From Schizochytrium sp. TIO01 (Eukaryota > Protista > Bigyra: Labyrinthulomycetes): a DNA stretch of 64,000 bases. The first letter of the stretch is position 1, and every line of letters begins with the position of its first letter. The notes beneath the pieces are model-generated. The model did not search any database. It was given only the letters and a program-made list of their open reading frames with translations, and was not told where the DNA came from. Position numbers and translations under genes: made by a program. Of this stretch, positions 61,588 to 64,000 are shown piece by piece. The stretch lies in assembly GCA_004764695.1 (NCBI GenBank), contig SMSO01000005.1, positions 434,001-498,000 of the forward strand, read 5' to 3'.

Positions 61588-64000
61588 TCAGTTCCAATTG
61601 GAAACATCAATGCCGAAAGTCGTTTGCAAAGCTTCATTGTAAGGAATGTAGAAGCTCTGTAAGTCTGCACGCAGTTCATCAGGTATGGGTGACCTGGACG
61701 CGGCTGATTCTGGTGCCGCATTGTAATTTCGTGCAACGGTTGACTCCACATCCATGACACTTGGATCAAGCCCGATAAAGATGAGTGACTTGCGAAGGGT
61801 TGCTGCAGGGTCGGCAAGAAAGTCTTCGCTTTTCAGGACCAAAATTTGGCTTGCCGGGTAGTGCTTCATCCATCGTGTCAAATGCACAATGTACATTCCA
61901 GACCACACTCCATTAAAATAGTCTTGCTCGTATAAGCAAGGTATATTACCTTCACTATCTTCCTTGGTCCACCATTGCGGATCTGTGGGAATCGCCTCCC
62001 TAATGCTGGTGAGATCATGACGAATAGACTCCTGAATAGTGAATCCCTTAACAGCTTTTTGCAAACGATCTCGCATCTTATAATTGGATATAATTCGCTC
62101 AATAGGGTTTCGTACAAGATAGATGAACTTGATGCGCGGGTTTACACCACATGCTGCGGCAATCTGTGCAGGGAGTTGGCATGCAGGGCCGTATGCTACG
62201 GTGCTCTCACCGGTTCGTGCAGCACCGCGGATAATGTCGTCCATCCAATTTGAATCATCCCCCTCCTGAGAGCCAAAGCTCACCTGTAACTCTTCTGCAA
62301 AACGGTGATTATACTTCTTGCGAAACGTTTTAGAAGACATGGTGCGTTTCAAATCAAGAAGGTGTGCGTAAAGTAGTTCGCCACTTTGCGATTTTTTATC
62401 GAGAAGGACTCCGTAGAATCGAGGATGGGCACTGATGTATTCGTAAAGCGAAGTTGTACCACCTTTCCTTGCGCCTAAAATGAAAACAGAGGGAAGACAG
62501 GTTTCTAGACTTTGAAGCGCAGTTCGAACTTTGAATGGTAACTTCAATTTGGTTGCCAGAGAAGCGCCTTTCATATTATTTTGGGCCTTGGTTTCGACCT
62601 CTGTTTCATTCTTTTGAAAGGGGGCCCTGACATCAGTACGCCAGCAACCTTGCTTTGGGGAACAAAGTTGCATCTCTTTTGCTTCGCCTTCAGATTTGAA
62701 ATGAGCCAAAGGATCATTTGTGAGCGGCCACGCTTTTTCAGTAGAGTTTTTATTCCAGCAAATCTTCTCTTCATCACAAACAAAGGAGAACGGCTTATAA
62801 AAGGGGTCGCGCTGGTTCAATCTCATTTTAGCGACACGCGATCTGAAAAGTTCCTCGGCATACTTGTATAATTCAATATCTAAGTTGTTGTGCTTCTCAA
62901 GTACTGCTTTTGCGTGCGGACTAAGGTTCTTATCATATTCATTCAAATTGAATGTCGGAACGTAATGTACAAGATCTGTTCCAAGAACATAGCTGAAAAG
63001 CTGTAACGACTCTGTCCATTGCTCAAGAATACCAAACCATGCCATATCCTCAAGGCGCTTTTTCGCCAGAGCCAACTGTTCTCGCGAACTGTTTTTAGTC
63101 GTGGGTGCCAGGTATTTAGTCATGATGTTGAAAGCTAAGTCACAGTTCTGGCGCTCGTCATCAGGCAAACGCGCCCAGTCTTCAATCGTAAAGTCAACCT
63201 GTTGCATCGCCTGCGATGCTGCCGAACCTGGTCGGCAGAAGAAATGCGAATCCCCTTGAGCCCCCGTTCCCCCAAGGATAGCAGAACGCTTCTGAACAGG
63301 ACGCCGACCAGACACGGTGTTGCCTTTTCGGCCAGTCATAGTGTAAAATGCCGATAATACTCGACTAATTGGTTCACGAAGAGTATAGATCCAACGTACA
63401 CAGAGTTCTGGGGTGGTTTTTTCACAGGAGCGTGCCAGGCCTTGGGGAACCGGCAGACAGTGTTTTGCTCTGGCGAGGGCCGGGTAGGTGCGGTGGTAGC
63501 TGTACATGGAAAACTTATGTGTCTTGGACCTCGGCTCCGCCGACACGTGTCTGTACCTCGGGTCTTTCCCAATATCGTCGAGGTCAAAGAACGTCGCATC
63601 TACTGTACGCCCTCCCCCTTTATTTAGATGCGGGTAGTACAATTCTACCTTTGAACCTGCCGGGCATCTCCTTCGAATGTCCTCAGGGTCCTGAGTTATT
63701 TCCAAATTCTCGCTTGCGTCATTAGATTCTACATCCTCAAAAGTCTTCGCAGCATCGCCATTCTCGTTTTGAAATTCAAACGAGTTCACCGCATTCGTCT
63801 CCTCTTTGTCCTCTATACTCTTTAAGGTATTTTCAGTATCAGATCCTGGTCTGCCAAGGCCACCATTTGGCACAGACTCCATGGAATCCAAGATGCTCAT
63901 AATTGGAGTCTCCCTCTGTACGCCGTGGTTTACGATGAGCATAAGGATTACACCAGCAATTACCATGGCCGCCCAGAAGAAGATCTTTCGCTTGGCAACG
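61588..64000 (-). CDS. Type II membrane protein with two different sulfotransferase domains (5' end probably outside the window)
   Basis: N-terminal TM. Domain 1 has YPHLNKGGGRTV, TLREPISRVLSAFY, WFGILEQ..ESL.L and NNLDIELY (Gal3ST/HS2ST-like). Domain 2 has LPSVFILGARKGGTTSLY, LVRNPIERIISNY and YIPYNEAL (HS3ST/NDST-like). The frame is open to the window edge. Confidence 0.9.
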   Translation of the reverse strand, partial: VAKRKIFFWAAMVIAGVILMLIVNHGVQRETPIMSILDSMESVPNGGLGRPGSDTENTLKSIEDKEETNAVNSFEFQNENGDAAKTFEDVESNDASENLEITQDPEDIRRRCPAGSKVELYYPHLNKGGGRTVDATFFDLDDIGKDPRYRHVSAEPRSKTHKFSMYSYHRTYPALARAKHCLPVPQGLARSCEKTTPELCVRWIYTLREPISRVLSAFYTMTGRKGNTVSGRRPVQKRSAILGGTGAQGDSHFFCRPGSAASQAMQQVDFTIEDWARLPDDERQNCDLAFNIMTKYLAPTTKNSSREQLALAKKRLEDMAWFGILEQWTESLQLFSYVLGTDLVHYVPTFNLNEYDKNLSPHAKAVLEKHNNLDIELYKYAEELFRSRVAKMRLNQRDPFYKPFSFVCDEEKICWNKNSTEKAWPLTNDPLAHFKSEGEAKEMQLCSPKQGCWRTDVRAPFQKNETEVETKAQNNMKGASLATKLKLPFKVRTALQSLETCLPSVFILGARKGGTTSLYEYISAHPRFYGVLLDKKSQSGELLYAHLLDLKRTMSSKTFRKKYNHRFAEELQVSFGSQEGDDSNWMDDIIRGAARTGESTVAYGPACQLPAQIAAACGVNPRIKFIYLVRNPIERIISNYKMRDRLQKAVKGFTIQESIRHDLTSIREAIPTDPQWWTKEDSEGNIPCLYEQDYFNGVWSGMYIVHLTRWMKHYPASQILVLKSEDFLADPAATLRKSLIFIGLDPSVMDVESTVARNYNAAPESAASRSPIPDELRADLQSFYIPYNEALQTTFGIDVSNWN

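Overview
Gene-dense, essentially intron-free eukaryotic DNA. The gene style suggests a protist, and a stramenopile such as a thraustochytrid/labyrinthulomycete is my inference. Host genes are SNW1/SKIP (frameshifted), a four-domain EEEE voltage-gated Ca2+ channel, TMEM131-like, kinesin, a USP deubiquitinase, a PhyH dioxygenase, a C2-domain protein, an LRR-IQ-WW protein, an R2R3-MYB/tesmin-CXC fusion, RPS19, a DSC3/TMUB-like protein and a tandem double sulfotransferase. The standout is a ~7 kb virus-like cassette (~28.15-35.15 kb). It encodes a ~1800-aa AEP primase / UL52-type Zn finger / UL9-type origin-binding SF2 helicase fusion and a decayed His/Lys-rich partner gene, with a cluster of palindromes (candidate origin) upstream. 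No capsid, polymerase B or integrase is visible. The cassette lies inside ~10 kb of DNA bracketed by a diverged direct duplication of the kinesin-USP locus: the left copy kept kinesin and the right copy kept USP. This layout is what integration of a self-replicating circle would produce, but it remains a hypothesis.
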